From: Felis catus
Lineage: Eukaryota
Reading direction: 5' to 3'
Assembly: GCF_018350175.1 (NCBI RefSeq)
Contig: NC_058368.1
Span: 174,594,001 to 174,658,000 of the forward strand
Length of the DNA stretch: 64,000 nt
Positions 36,800 through 49,110 of the stretch are shown here, piece by piece (positions within the stretch are counted from its first letter, which is position 1; each line of letters opens with the position of its first letter). A model generated the notes under the pieces. The model was not told where the DNA came from. It searched no databases and saw only the letters and a program-made list of their open reading frames with translations. Made by a program: the position numbers and the translations under genes.

Positions 36800-37182
36800 T
36801 GTACCTATCAATGTGTCCTTATTTGTTAAATGTAATTAGTTAAGGATCTCCAGGTGAAACCATCCTAGACGGTGGGTCCTAAATCCAGTAACTGATGTCC
36901 TTATAAGAAGAGAAGAGACAGGGGCAAGGCCGTGTGATGATGGAGGCAGAGGTTGGGGTGATGTAGCTACAAGCCAAGGAACACCGGGGCCTGCTGGTTG
37001 CCCCCAGAGGCTGGGAAAGGCAAGAGGTAATTCTGTCCTACAGACTTCAGGGGCTCCCGAAGGGGACCCACTGACACCTTGATCTCAGACTTCTAGCTCC
37101 AGAAATGTAAGACAACACATTTCTGTTGTTCAAGCCATCCGGTTTGTGGCGCTTCGTTCCAACAGCCCTAGGAAATGAATAC
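36800..37182 (+). mobile_element. MLT1C-like MaLR LTR
   Basis: CCTAAATCCA...GTCCTTATAAGAAG...ACAAGCCAAGGAAC...GACACCTTGATCTCAGACTTCT...AGCCCTAGGAAATGAATACA. Confidence 0.8.
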
Positions 37183-38235
37183 AGGTATATCAGTTTGAAT
37201 GTGTAGTTTGTAGCACATTCAATCAAGACCTTGCAATCAAGACCTAAATAACCGCATTTAAAAACTTCAAAGCAAAACAACAACAAACAAATGGAAAAAA
37301 ACACATGACGTTGTTATTTACTAGTAAGGAATTTCTGGAAACTGCTTTTCAATGTCTAGCTACTGGGATCTGGTTACATAATACACCAACTGATTGAAAT
37401 CTATTCTACCGCTATTACAAAGGATAATTATTAAAAGTGACATTATGAAAAATAAAATATTTGTTACAATGCTAAAGGACTAATAAATGGTAGAAGTTTC
37501 TATTTGGGATATGTATCATCATGTCTGTATACATACAAAGATTAGAAGAAAATGCAGAGAAATCAAAATGATTCATATAGTGGTACAGTGAAATTGTGTG
37601 TGATGTTAAAATTTTTTCCAACACTTACAATATATTCTCATAACAATTTTAATCAGAATTCCATGAATCTTTTCTAAGGAGTATGAAAGAATTACAGAAC
37701 CATTGTGCAGTAAGACAAAATATGTCCAGAAACATGCAAAGACTTGTATGTCACTAATCTACAAGGTGTCAGGGGAAAAATCCCCTTTGTCACACCTCCG
37801 AGGCATCACCCCTCTGAGGTTGGTGAGAGCAGAGTGAGTAATTGGATTTATGCATTTATTCCCATATTCTTCCTGGGCGTTGAGCAAAGCACATCCGGGC
37901 AGGGGCTGAGAAATGCTCCTTATCTCCTGGGTCTTGTAGAAGGGTTATTGGATAACGAGTTGTCCCTTAGGGAAGCAGAGAGCAGGCTCTAAAGTGGTCT
38001 TGGAGGGGGGATTTATCTGGACCACGGAAGGGTGGCTCATTTGGCTGTTTCTAATGGTGAGGACACGTGAAAGGTGAGTTGGGGAAGGTTCAAGAGAAAA
38101 AAAAAACCCACTTAACAATTTTACCCCAAGGCTCTGAAATCCAAGGTTAGCCCATAAACACATACTTTAATATACTTTGAACATTTGAAATGAAAAGATA
38201 ATTGTTCTCTTACAATAGTCTCAAACTTAGTCTTT

Positions 38236-38237
<2 letters not shown>

Positions 38238-38273
<36 letters not shown>
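38238..38273. repeat. (CA)n microsatellite
   Basis: Read directly from the sequence. Confidence 0.95.
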
Positions 38274-38277
<4 letters not shown>

Positions 38278-38964
38278 TCATTTATACTCACTCCTCCACA
38301 CCTTTCAACTATTTCAAATCAAAAAGGTTTTACTGTACTTTTAATTCGATAATCTCTCTCTAATGCATGTTCTCTCTAAAAGGACATAAAAATTGGGGGA
38401 ATCCATATTCTTTTTTCTGGCTTCGCTTCCAAATGTCTTTAAGAATTCTAGTTGGTTTTGAATTGATCTCCTTAAAAACTTTACCGAGCACCTATTAGGT
38501 GCAAGGAATAAATCCTGGACATGCGCAAAAGTTGAGTGGAGGAAGCAATGGTTATGACGCGGACTCTCATCTTGGCCAATTCGGAACAGAATAAGATATA
38601 AGGCAGAGGTGAGGCCTTAGGAGGGATGGAGAATGGCCTCACGAGTCTATAGAGAAGGCCATGTTTCCTGGGATTAAGCCTAACTGGAGGTGTCAGGAAG
38701 GCTACTTGACCTGATGGAAAAGGCCTCCCTAGGTAGAGGGAGCAGCGTGAACGAAGACACAAGAGTCTCTGAATGTCTGGTTGGAATCAACAGGGGCAGA
38801 CGCCGTTTGCCCCATCTCTGTGTTCCAACACCTCACGTCGTAGCTGGCACAGGGCAGGAGTTCACCTGGACAGGAGCCATGTTCTTTTCCTCCGGGTACC
38901 CCCAGGCCTACTCAGTTTGACATCAGATTACCACTCCACAGTGCCCGGCCACAGTTAGGCTAGA

Positions 38965-39264
38965 GTCGGGGCCTCAAAATCCGTTGTCAACAGAGCCAAA
39001 AAGGTAATGAAAGTGAGCGAGGCCGGACTAGTATAAGACATTAAAGAATGGTGGGGACTGGGGCCAACCGAGGAATGGCACCCTGGGGGATTGTGGGCTC
39101 AGTGTGGCCGGGTCTTCCAACTTTTCAAGAGAAGTAAAAAAAAAAAAAAACAAAACCCTCTAGATTTGTATGTGAAATTTTCAGAATCTTGAAATGTCCA
39201 AGGACCAAATAGAACACGTCCAACGACCGGACTCTACCCATGGCCCAGCGGTATGCGACCCAGG
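38965..39264. mobile_element. MER103-like hAT-Charlie element
   Basis: GAATGGTGGGGACTG; TCTTCCAACTTTTCAAGAGAAG; GATTTGTATGTGAAAT; TGCGACCC end. Confidence 0.6.
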
Positions 39265-39597
39265 AGCCGAGCGTAGAGTTGGAATTAGAGGGAATTGAGG
39301 CTGGACTGGTAACTTGGGGCTACATTTGAAAGTGCCTGGAACGTCGCCCTGTGGAGTTGTGGTTCTAGGGGCGGTCGGGAGCCCCTCAGCGTTTTTCAAC
39401 AGGGAAGTGACAGAAGCAGAGCTGTCGGTGGACTGGACGAAACGGATGGAGGGAAGGGAGAAACCGGATGGAGGAGAGGGAGAAACCGGAAGTACCCGAG
39501 CTAGCGCTAACACAGGCTGGCTGCTGGCAAGTGACGGGGTGGTGGCACGAATAGGAGAGACATGGAGGAGGTAGAATGGAGAGAGGACTCGTGAGCA

Positions 39598-39599
<2 letters not shown>

Positions 39600-39631
<32 letters not shown>
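39600..39631. repeat. (GA)n microsatellite
   Basis: Read directly from the sequence. Confidence 0.95.
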
Positions 39632-39634
<3 letters not shown>

Positions 39635-39869
39635 GCTGTAAGGTTGACCTTGTAGCCTGGGTAACAGCGTGAATGGGAACACCATTTACAGGAAGGTAGG
39701 GTGGCCAGCCCCATAGCTGCCTTTGCCACCGCGTCTCCAACATGCCATCTTCCCTCCTGCACACATTCCACAGGGTCTGTGCAGTAGAGGAGACGCCTGC
39801 TTCCTCCTAACCTGTCTCTCCTTCACTTCCTCTTAGAACATTTGCTACTTTAAAAAAAAAAAAACAAAA

Positions 39870-40063
39870 CTTATTTATTTTTGAAGGAGACAGAGAATGA
39901 GCACGAGCGGGGGAGACACGGAGAGGGAGGGGGAGAGAGAGAATCCGAAGCAGGCTCAGCACAGAGCCCGATGCGGGGACTCGAACTCAGGTGCCCTGAA
40001 GGCATGAGCTGAGCTGAAATCAAGAGCCGGACACTTAACCGATTGAACCCCCCCGGGGGCTCC
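39870..40063 (-). mobile_element. SINEC
   Basis: Reverse SINE body; flanks TTGCTA(C/T)TTT. Confidence 0.88.
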
Positions 40064-41569
40064 AGAGCGGTTGCTATTTTTAATGCCTCCCCTCCCCCAC
40101 TCAGGAAGCTTCTCCCTCCTTTTCCCCCTCTCTCCTCTTTTCAGGCTCCATTTCCTTCCCCGTGTTGTCACTTCAACCAGCTCCTCTCCGCCAGGTGCCC
40201 CTCCTACGGGCAGCCCGCCACCTACACTTTTCCCAAAATGAGGCTTTTAAAGCTAATTATCTAGGGGTTTTTTTTTTTTTTTTTTCCTGATCCAGCACAG
40301 AAGCCGTGCACTTTAAGAAGTGAGACCAGGTGACTTTGGCCTATTTTTAGTGGCTGCAATTTGTAGGCGATGGCTTCTATTGTCGCAGCAGTACTGGAGA
40401 CGGGAGCTCAACTCCAGAGCCCCAATGCCTGAGGATTTGTAAAATCTGCAGTTAATTAGTTAGTTAATGGTGGGGTTAGCCTGGCGATAAAATCCTATCC
40501 CGTGGCGAGTTGGAAGCCTGTCCTTCTGGCTCTGCCTGGTAAGGATAAGACGCAGTTGGGAACAGGAACGCAGACAGGCGGGGAGGAGAAAGGGAGAGAA
40601 GGAACACACTGCGAGTTAATCTGCATCCAGCTCGTCACATCCGCCCTGGTGCCCATAGCCATGGTGTTGTTTCCTCTCAGCTCACCCTGTGCCCCGTTCT
40701 CAGCTCTCCAGACGAAGACCTGGGGCCCCGGTGTCCCCCTGCTCTTAGAAGGAGTCAGGGAGCGAAAGAAGGTGGCAAGTGACTTCTTGAGTCTCTTGTA
40801 GATTCTTCTCCCAAACCAGGTTCGTGTCCTTATCTCCGGGACCCAGTCTCTGAAAAGGGGACTTGTGGCGGTGGTGACATGTTCCCTGGGAGAATAGAAG
40901 CTCCTTCACATTAGGGAGCATACATCAGATTCATCCCCTCGGCTAACTGTATTGCTTTCTCTCTCTTTCTCCTGGACTCCGGGTTGCCATCGCAGGGGTG
41001 AGGACTGAGGGTGGACAATGCCGGGGGGCAGAAGTAACTTCCCTGTGAAGCCAAAGAAGCTTGAGCAGTGACGTGCCAAGGGTGGGGTGGTGGGAGCTCT
41101 CTGCCTTGGGCCCAGGTATCAAAGAGATACACTGTCTGCAGAGAATTTGAAACTGACCCTGCACTGGGCTTTGCTGACCCAGAATCGGAAAAGAACCGGA
41201 AGAGGAGAGAGCGCAATTTACAAGTTCCCCACTCTTCAGACTGAAGAACACATTTCCGTCCTCAGAGTAATGACTTGCTAGAGCACTCAACAGGAGAAGG
41301 GCCAAGGGGGTGGGGGTTGCAGTAATGTCTCTCATTCTAAGTAAATACTCACTTTCGTGCCTCATTTTGTATTTGTAACTGTCTATATTTTTCCAGAAGC
41401 TCCCACGCAACTTGGAAGAGGTTCCACACACCGCTCCTGGTTGCGTGCGTTTGATCTGTACGCTATCTTCCGGGTTTTTTGTTTGGTTGGTTGGTTTTTG
41501 ATCTCGGGACCTTGTCCGTACTTTCTGTGCGCAAACACAGCTCTTCCCTGTTAAACGAATGGTGTGATG

Positions 41570-41780
41570 ATGGAGGCTTATCGCGCCCTGACAATGTGCC
41601 AGGCACCTGTCACACTTGCTTGCATTGACTTAAGCAGCTCTCTGACAAAGGAGGGATGGCTCGTCATCCCATTTTACAGCAGAAACGACCGAGGCTTGGA
41701 GCAGCTAAGTGAATTGCCCGCGGTCTCACCGTTACGGAGTGGCCCAGCTAAGTAAGACCTGGATTCACGGTCTAGCTCGG
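41570..41780 (-). mobile_element. MIR
   Basis: ATGTGCCAGGCAC...CCCATTTTACAG...GAAACGACCGAGGC. Confidence 0.6.
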
Positions 41781-42799
41781 CAGGTTCCTTTCTTTCTCTG
41801 CCGGGGAAGGAGAAGGTAGGCTGAACGCCTACATTGTCCCCTGGCATGTCACACACACAGTCTCTCATTTCATCCTCGCCTAGGGAGGTTGGGGTTTGTC
41901 CCTTTTCCCAAAGGAGGCCCCGCGAGCTGAAGGGACCCGCCCCAGGCTCGCAGCAGAGGAGCAGGAGTGGCATTCGGACAGCGCCGGGATCCGCACAGTG
42001 TCCGTTTCTAGCCCTTGTTGTTTTCAGGTGACATCTTGAGCGCAGATGCCCTCCCCCACCCTGGGCCGTTGAGCCGTCATTCTGCCCTCGGCCAGCTCCC
42101 AAGTCCACATCTCCTTCGGAACAGTGAAGCGCCGGGATCCCGGGCCCCTGCAGACTTCCCACGCCGCCCATCTGCCGGTCCCAAGACAGCACAACAAATC
42201 CGTCAGCAACCCTAGGACACCTGTCTCTTTCGCTTCTGGTCCTTAGAGAAACGATGACCTGCTCCCCGCCGTGCTGCAGGAGCTGTTTTTCGTTTTTTTT
42301 TTTAATTTGTTTCCCCTACAGGGGAAAAACGAAAGCCTTTTCCCACTCAGTTCATTTCCCCCGAAGGAGGTTGGTGATCAGAGGGGCTGTTCGGGGAGGT
42401 GTTCCTTTCTTAGTTTGGGCAGACTCCTCAGAGTTGGATTTCAGAATTCGGAGGTAGGAAACCAAACATTGGCTCATTAAAACTTGGGTGTCTGTTTGAT
42501 TCATTAATCATCTTGCCCTAATAGCCCCTGATAAGTCTGTTCATCGCTATTCATCACCGGGCTCGTGGGAGGGAGCTGCCGGCTGTCACTGCGTTTCTCT
42601 TAACCCCTTGTCTACCCACGTCCGGAGCCTGTGACAGAACGTGGGCTGGAGGGTGACGGACGGTTTGTGGGATGGTGCCGCCTGCGTTGTCCTGAGGGCC
42701 TGGGATGCCAAGCCGTCGCGGGCCTTCTCACCATGGCAACAATGTGACAGTGACCTATCACTGGATAGGGATAGCTCCCAGATGTCAGGGGGCCTGTTT

Positions 42800-43200
42800 T
42801 ATTTCATAGAGCTCCCCATTTGACAGATGAGGAAACTGAGGCTCAGAAGTAGCTTGCCCAAAGCCATAAGTCTGGCAAGGGCTGAGCGAGGATTGGGGTC
42901 ATGGGTGTTGTACCTAACAGCTCTGAGAAGCTGACGAAGCCCTTGGCCCTTCTGGGGGCCCTCTTTCAGCACCCAGGCTGCTGCACGGACTGGGCAGAGT
43001 GTGGATGTTAGAGTCAGACAAACCTGAATGAAAATCCCAGCTCTGCCGGAAGCCTTTCTGGTGACCTCCAAAGCTCAGTTTGATTATTTATAGAAAGGGG
43101 ATATCATGTTTCTCATACCGCTATGAGGGTTACATGAGAAGCCACAGAAAGCGTCCTGCACAAATGCAAGTGGCAAATAAATACTCCACAAATGGCCATT
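42800..43200. mobile_element. Two MIR fragments (minus strand about 42800-42930, plus strand about 42990-43200)
   Basis: CCCCATTTGACAGATGAGGAAACTGAGGCTCAG; GAGTCAGACAAACCTG...AATCCCAGCTCTGCC. Confidence 0.7.
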
Positions 43201-44359
43201 TTCTTCAAACACCTCCTCTTCCTGGGGTAGGGTGGGCACTTACCTCTCAAGGAAAAGGATCTGACAGATTTCTTCAGACTAAGTGACTGAGATCTAACAC
43301 CCTCGACTCCCTTCCTGGAGCAAAGTTCCCATAGAACGTTCATGGCGCACATCAAGCCCCAGGGCCTTTGCACAGGCTGTACCCTCTATCTGTAAGGTTT
43401 AACCCCCAACTCTAGTCCACCGTTACCTGGCAAGTTCCAATTCATTCTCCAGACCCAGTTCAACTCTCCCCTCTGCTGGGCAGTCCTTTCTAAGCCCCCT
43501 ACTTTCTTTCTCAGAGTCTGGGAAAGGGGAAGGTGATCGATACCAAACCTGCCACCAACCGGGCCAGCATATCTTGTGCTCTCTCAGGGCCTTCTCTAAT
43601 TAACTGCCCTGCAGGAACAAGTCTGAATTATCCTGGATCAATGGGAGCTAATGAGGTGTCAGAGAGCAGGGCTTCGAAAAGGAGGCATTTGAAAGTTTAT
43701 TCTCCCCGAGCCCCCCGCCCCCCCCATCTAACTTTCCCCAGACTTGGAAAACACAAAACTCTTCTGTTTTAATTATTTAGTAAGGTTTGCAGACTCTGCA
43801 GCCCACATTTGCTCTGGGATTGAATTTGAAAAGACCCAGAGTCCAGAAGTTAAAAAAAAAACCCCATTGCTTAATGAATTTATGTACCGATGCATTCGTT
43901 CATTGGACAGACAAATAAATAATACTCACCCTGTCTGTGCCAGCGTTATAAATGTGCATGTGGCTCCTGTCCAGAACCCGGTATACGGAACGTCCTTAAC
44001 TGATAACATGACATATGCTCTAAAGGGAGGCCCCGAGAGGGAGTCACCGACTGCCCCGTTTGTCCGATGTTTTCTCATGATCAGATTCATGATCTCACAA
44101 TGTTACGGTGGCTGGGAGGAAGGCCACGCAAGTGACAGTAGTCTTCTTAAGTCACTTGGAACGGTTCCTCTCTGTGTGATTATGCCACCACTGGACACAC
44201 CGTTCAGGATCATTCGTTTCCTTTAACTCTGGGTTTGAGAATTTATTTACCATTATATAAAGCATGGACATGTTTCCTAAGCCTCTCAAGAAAGATACAG
44301 GCAAAGAAATCAAGTTGCTATCCCTGTCCCTGTACTTGTCCCCTGTAAGAAAGCATTTT

Positions 44360-44583
44360 TTTTTTAAATTTTTTTTCCAACGTTTTTTATTTATTTTTGG
44401 GACAGAGAGAGACAGAGCATGAACGGGGGAGGGGCAGAGAGAGAGGGAGACACAGAATCGGAAACAGGCTCCAGGCTCCGAGCCATCAGCCCAGAGCCCG
44501 ATGCGGGGCTCGAACTCCCGGACCGCGAGATCTTGACCTGGCTGAAGTCGAACGCCCAACCGACTGCGCCACCCAGGCGCCCC
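44360..44583 (-). mobile_element. SINEC_Fc (young subtype)
   Basis: TSD AAGAAAGCATTTT at 44347-44359 and 44584-44596. Confidence 0.97.
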
Positions 44584-44773
44584 AAGAAAGCATTTTAAAA
44601 TTAGGGTTTACCTTTCATTATTTTTCTAAATGTAAACATGCACATAGATCATATGGGTCCACATACACATAGGCCTATATATGCATATATATCTGCACAT
44701 ACATATATATGTGCGTGTATATCGCTTGATTTTCATTTGCATCTATTGTATACCTTTTTTCCTTACCTTTCCC

Positions 44774-44804
<31 letters not shown>

Positions 44805-45127
44805 TTGCATCCGTTGTTTCTTACATGACTTTTGGCATGTTACACCCACTTTGTCTACCTTACACTTGTCACCTACCAGCACGTCCTGGAGGGCCTCCCT
44901 GGGGCATGAATACAGCGTTCAGTCATTGCTTTCCGTGCCCCATTGGTGGCCATGCCCCAGTGTCTCCAGCCGGCTCCCAGTTGATGGGCATTTGAGGGAT
45001 TCCCAGTCCTCTGTTCTATTTTTAAAGCCCCTTGCTTAATTTTTATTTGCATTTGTGTTTATCTTGTTTACCTTTTTTCACCGTATTCATTTTGTTTCAA
45101 TTCATCTCTTTTAAACAGTACGGTGTG

Positions 45128-45330
45128 GGGGCGCCTGGGTGGCGCAGTCGGTTAAGCGTCCGACTTCAGCCAGGTCGCGATCTCGCGGTCCGTGAGTTCG
45201 AGCCCCGCGTCGGGCTCTGGGCTGATGGCTCGGAGCCTGGAGCCTGTTTCCGATTCTGTGTCTCCCTCTCTCTCTCTGCCCCTCCCCCGTTCATGCTCTG
45301 TCTCTCTCTGTCTCAAAAATAAATAAACGT
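45128..45330 (+). mobile_element. SINEC_Fc (young subtype), essentially tail-less
   Basis: TSD TTAAACAGTACGGTGTGGG at 45111-45129 and 45330-45348. Confidence 0.97.
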
Positions 45331-45808
45331 TAAACAGTACGGTGTGGGTTTGGCTTTGTTAACAAATCTCTGGGAAATCTTTTTCCTTTTTTAAGCCCAC
45401 TTGTGTCTATGGATGTGACTGATATCTTTGTTTCTAGCTTTGTCATATTATTTTATAATTTATAAAGCCGTGTACATATTTATTTTTGTTTCATTTCCGT
45501 CCGTTTTATTTGTCTCCCTAACTTTCTCTTTCTCCAGCAGACATGTCGGTGTTTAGGAAACTGTGTTTTTGAATTCTTGTTAATAATAGTTACCTTTACA
45601 CACTTATGCCATTCCCTAGTTCCCTCTTTCCCTTTCTTTCCTTTTTTCTTTCTTCCTTTCCTCCCTCCCTCCCCTCCCCTTCTTTTTGTCTCTCTTTGCT
45701 ACATCTTCACTATGAACAGGATTAAAATTTACTGGTAACCTCCTCCTCCTCCTCTCATCTCTCTCTCCAACGTAGCCTTTTATTCTCATTTACTATTTAT
45801 TCAAAACA

Positions 45809-46011
45809 TTTTTTAGTGTTTATTTATTTTTGAGACGGAGCATGAGCGGGGGAAGGGGCAGAGAGACAGAGGGAGACACAGACTCTGAAGCAGACTCCAG
45901 GCTCTGAGCCGTCAGCACAGAGCCCGGCGTGGGGCTCGAACTCACAAACCAGCGAGATCGTGACCTGAGCCGAAGTCGGACGCTTAACCGACTGAGCCAC
46001 CCAGGCGCCCC
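45809..46011 (-). mobile_element. SINEC
   Basis: Flanks TTCTCATTTA(C/A)TATTTA. Confidence 0.93.
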
Positions 46012-46504
46012 TCTTCTCATTTAATATTTATAAGGCGATAAGTGAGCTTACTCTGCTATTCCTGTGTCTTCCCCTGTTCTCCCTCTGTTTCTTCCCATTT
46101 CTTCCCATTAATTTAGTCTTTGTCCTGTGACAAAGTCCTACATAGGACTATAGGGCTAAGTTTTACCACCGGCAAAAAATATATGTATATGTTCACAGTG
46201 GAGCTGGTATTCATATTCTCCCTAGTTATGCCTCTATGCTTATTCAAAGGATTGAGAAAACTGAGCCATGCCTCAATCATAATCCTGGGCCGATGAAATG
46301 GGCAACACTCCTCTAAAGTGGACCAACATAGAGGTTCAGCAGGCTAACTGAGAGCCTCCGAGTATTTTCATAGAGGGCAAAACACTGACAAAGTCAAAGC
46401 ACATTTATAAGAACTTTCTCTTAAAAGTGCTTTTAAGTTTCTGAACCCTTTGAAGGAAATTTTATCCGATAATCTGTATGTGCTCATTAAAATGACCTAT
46501 TCTC

Positions 46505-46723
46505 GGGGCGCCTGGGTGGCTCAGTCGGTTAAGCATCCGACTTCGGCTCAGGTCATGATCTCACGGTTCGTGGGTTCGAGCCCCGCGTCGGGCTCTGTGC
46601 TGACGGCTCAGCGCCTGGAGCCTGCTTCCGATTCTGTCTCTCTCTGTCTCTGCCTCTCCCTTACTCACGCTCTGTCTCTGTCTCTCAAAAATAAATAAAT
46701 GTAAAAAAAATAAATAAATAAAA
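46505..46723 (+). mobile_element. SINEC_Fc
   Basis: Flanks AAAATGACCTATTCTC and AAAACGATCTATTCTC. Confidence 0.95.
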
Positions 46724-47572
46724 CGATCTATTCTCAGGTACTTTGGACGCTGACAAATTTCAGTTCAAGATGCGATTCATTGTACTTTATTTTTTCCTCT
46801 AAGGATATCAATAGTCTGCACTTACCGAGCACTTACTGCATACTGGCACCTCTACTAAGCACTTTATGTCCATTATCTCATCACAGCCGGCACCTCAAGC
46901 GGGTAAAAGGTAAAAACTATTCTCCTGGCGAGTTCAAGAAGCTGGCAAAAGTTATACAGGGAGTAAGCGTCACCAGCAGGTTTCGAATCAGGTCTGACTT
47001 GGACGCTGGGCATCTGACCCACTCGTCACGTGCAGAGCCTTGAGCTGCGGTGGAGACAAACATGAACCCTTGGTTCCCTTAACGATGACAAAGTCTTACC
47101 CAGAAAGTCACTCGTCTGCAGGTCCCTGCTCGTTAGGGTGCAAGTGTGCCGATCCATCTTCCCTCCCTTCTGTGGTCTTCCGCCCTCGTGGTCTGGTATG
47201 TTCACCTCCCCTCCAGAAGGTCGCCTAAGTACACCTGGAAGCCTACAGCCCAGGGGTTTGGGCAAGGAGTACTAAGCTTGCCTCGTAGTACCTGTGTGTC
47301 TTTGGGCCAACTATTTAATCTTGTTGAGCTTCAGTCTCTCCTTCTCTAAAATAATAAAATAATAATAATAATAATATCATCTAACTTATATGGTTGTCAA
47401 AGCACTAAATGGACTCATGTATATAAAACGAAAGCATAGTACCTGGCACTTTGCAAATGCTTAATGAATAAGAAATAGCATTAAAATACCTGAGTATCTG
47501 TCTATCTATCTATTCATCTATCATCATGTCAGATTTACCAAGAAAAAATTATAGGAAGCAGAAATACACTTT

Positions 47573-47669
47573 GCCTGATGCAGGGCTTGAACGCATGAAC
47601 CATGAGATCATGACCCGAGCTGAAACCCAGAGTCGGACGCTTAACCGACCGAGCCACCCCAGGTGCCCC
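47573..47669 (-). mobile_element. SINEC 5' half only
   Basis: GAGATCATGACCCGAGCTGAA...GAGCCACCCCAGGTGCCCC. Confidence 0.85.
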
Positions 47670-48360
47670 TGCACCTCTCTTTAACCTATCACTGTGTTCA
47701 CTGGTTAGTTTAAAGTTAAGCTTCAAAACGTGGCTTTATTTGCCATTATTTTTTGAGGCATAAATGCCCCAGTTCAGCCCTTCGCTATCATTCCTGGGAG
47801 GTTGTGCATTTTTGTCACAAGTCAGATATGTGGTGGGGGTGGGGAGGGATGGAAGGGAGCGGAACAGCCAGCCCTGGGGAGTGATACTGTGTCTGTCCCG
47901 GCATCCCTTCTGGGATGGCCAAAAACACGTACTCGGGTTCTAGGCAAAGATAACATCCAGGTGATTAGCATGGTGTGATGCTATTTGTTGTTCAGAGCTG
48001 ATGTCCATTCTGACTGGATGTTCTGGGTGTTAAATTCTCACATTCTCCCTGGTTCTGCATGGTTTCCATGGCCTGTTGCCCAAGGCCTCCACCCAAGCTA
48101 CGAAGATGAGCCCCTCGAGGTAGAGAGGGCAGAGACCTAGAACATTCTCAAGTGCTGCTGTCTGGAAGGTGACTGAGGTTGGGGTCCCCGAGGAACATGT
48201 GGACTCCAGGTGCTATTCTTTTTCAGCTTGATCAACCCCTCAGGACACCCTTTAGGGGTGCAGCAATGACATTAGGAAATGTATTCTCTGATCAGCCAGT
48301 GACCTTCCTTCCGGAGACCGTCAGAGCTGAAAGGAAGCCTTAAGAGATTATTTCATAGGA

Positions 48361-48528
48361 CCCTAGTGCACATGAGGCACCCCTGGGAAGCTTGTTAACA
48401 TGCAAATTCTAGAGCCCCACTAGAGTGATTGAACGAGCTTGAGGTGTGGCCTCAGGAACACACATTCCTAACAGGCAAACCAGGAAGCTCTCATACTGAT
48501 GGTCCCTAGACCACTTTGAGAACTACTG
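48361..48528. mobile_element. MER5-like hAT-Charlie element
   Basis: GCTTGTTAACATGCAAATTCT...CCACTTTGAGAACTACTG. Confidence 0.6.
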
Positions 48529-48959
48529 GCTGGTGCAATTGTCTTACTTCGTAACCGAGGAAAATCGTTCAAGGCTGCGTCGTGAGCTTATGGTGAGAGT
48601 TGGATTCCCATTGGACCAGCTCCTTGAGCCTCGGCCAGGATTCTTAACCAGTCGAACACAGGCCCCTAGAAGACAGAAAGAGTCCTGCTTTGTGGCTTGA
48701 GGGAATTGAAAGACGCAAAGACTAAGAGATAAGAACAGGCAAAGAAGCGGACAAGTCATGTGCTTTGTTTTGCAAGTGCGAGCTGAAACATACCTGGGAG
48801 CACCGAGGGGGTCTGCTTCTTTCTGGTACTCAATTCTGTTCCACTTTCTCCTCCTGATGGCCCCGAGAGATAGCAACTGTCATCTAGTGTTACAAAAAGA
48901 AAAAACGAGACCCGCAGAGAGAAACTGACCTGCCCAAGGCCATAGTGAAAGTAGTAAGT

Positions 48960-49110
48960 GAACAATGACAATGACAATGGGAACGATGGCAAAAGGATGA
49001 TGGTGGTGATGATATTGACGATGAAGGTGGCAGTTAGGATGTTAATGATGGCGGTGGTGGTGACGGGGTTGACAGCTGTGATAAATGAAGACGGAAGTGG
49101 CGATGATGTC
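48960..49110. repeat. Degenerate (GAT/GGT)n trinucleotide low-complexity tract
   Basis: GATGATGGTGGTGATGAT-type repeats adjoining a MIR relic. Confidence 0.7.

Noticed and set aside
39181..39771. 196-aa minus-strand ORF
   Set aside because: It runs through a (GA)n repeat and L2/MER relics and has no protein-like features.
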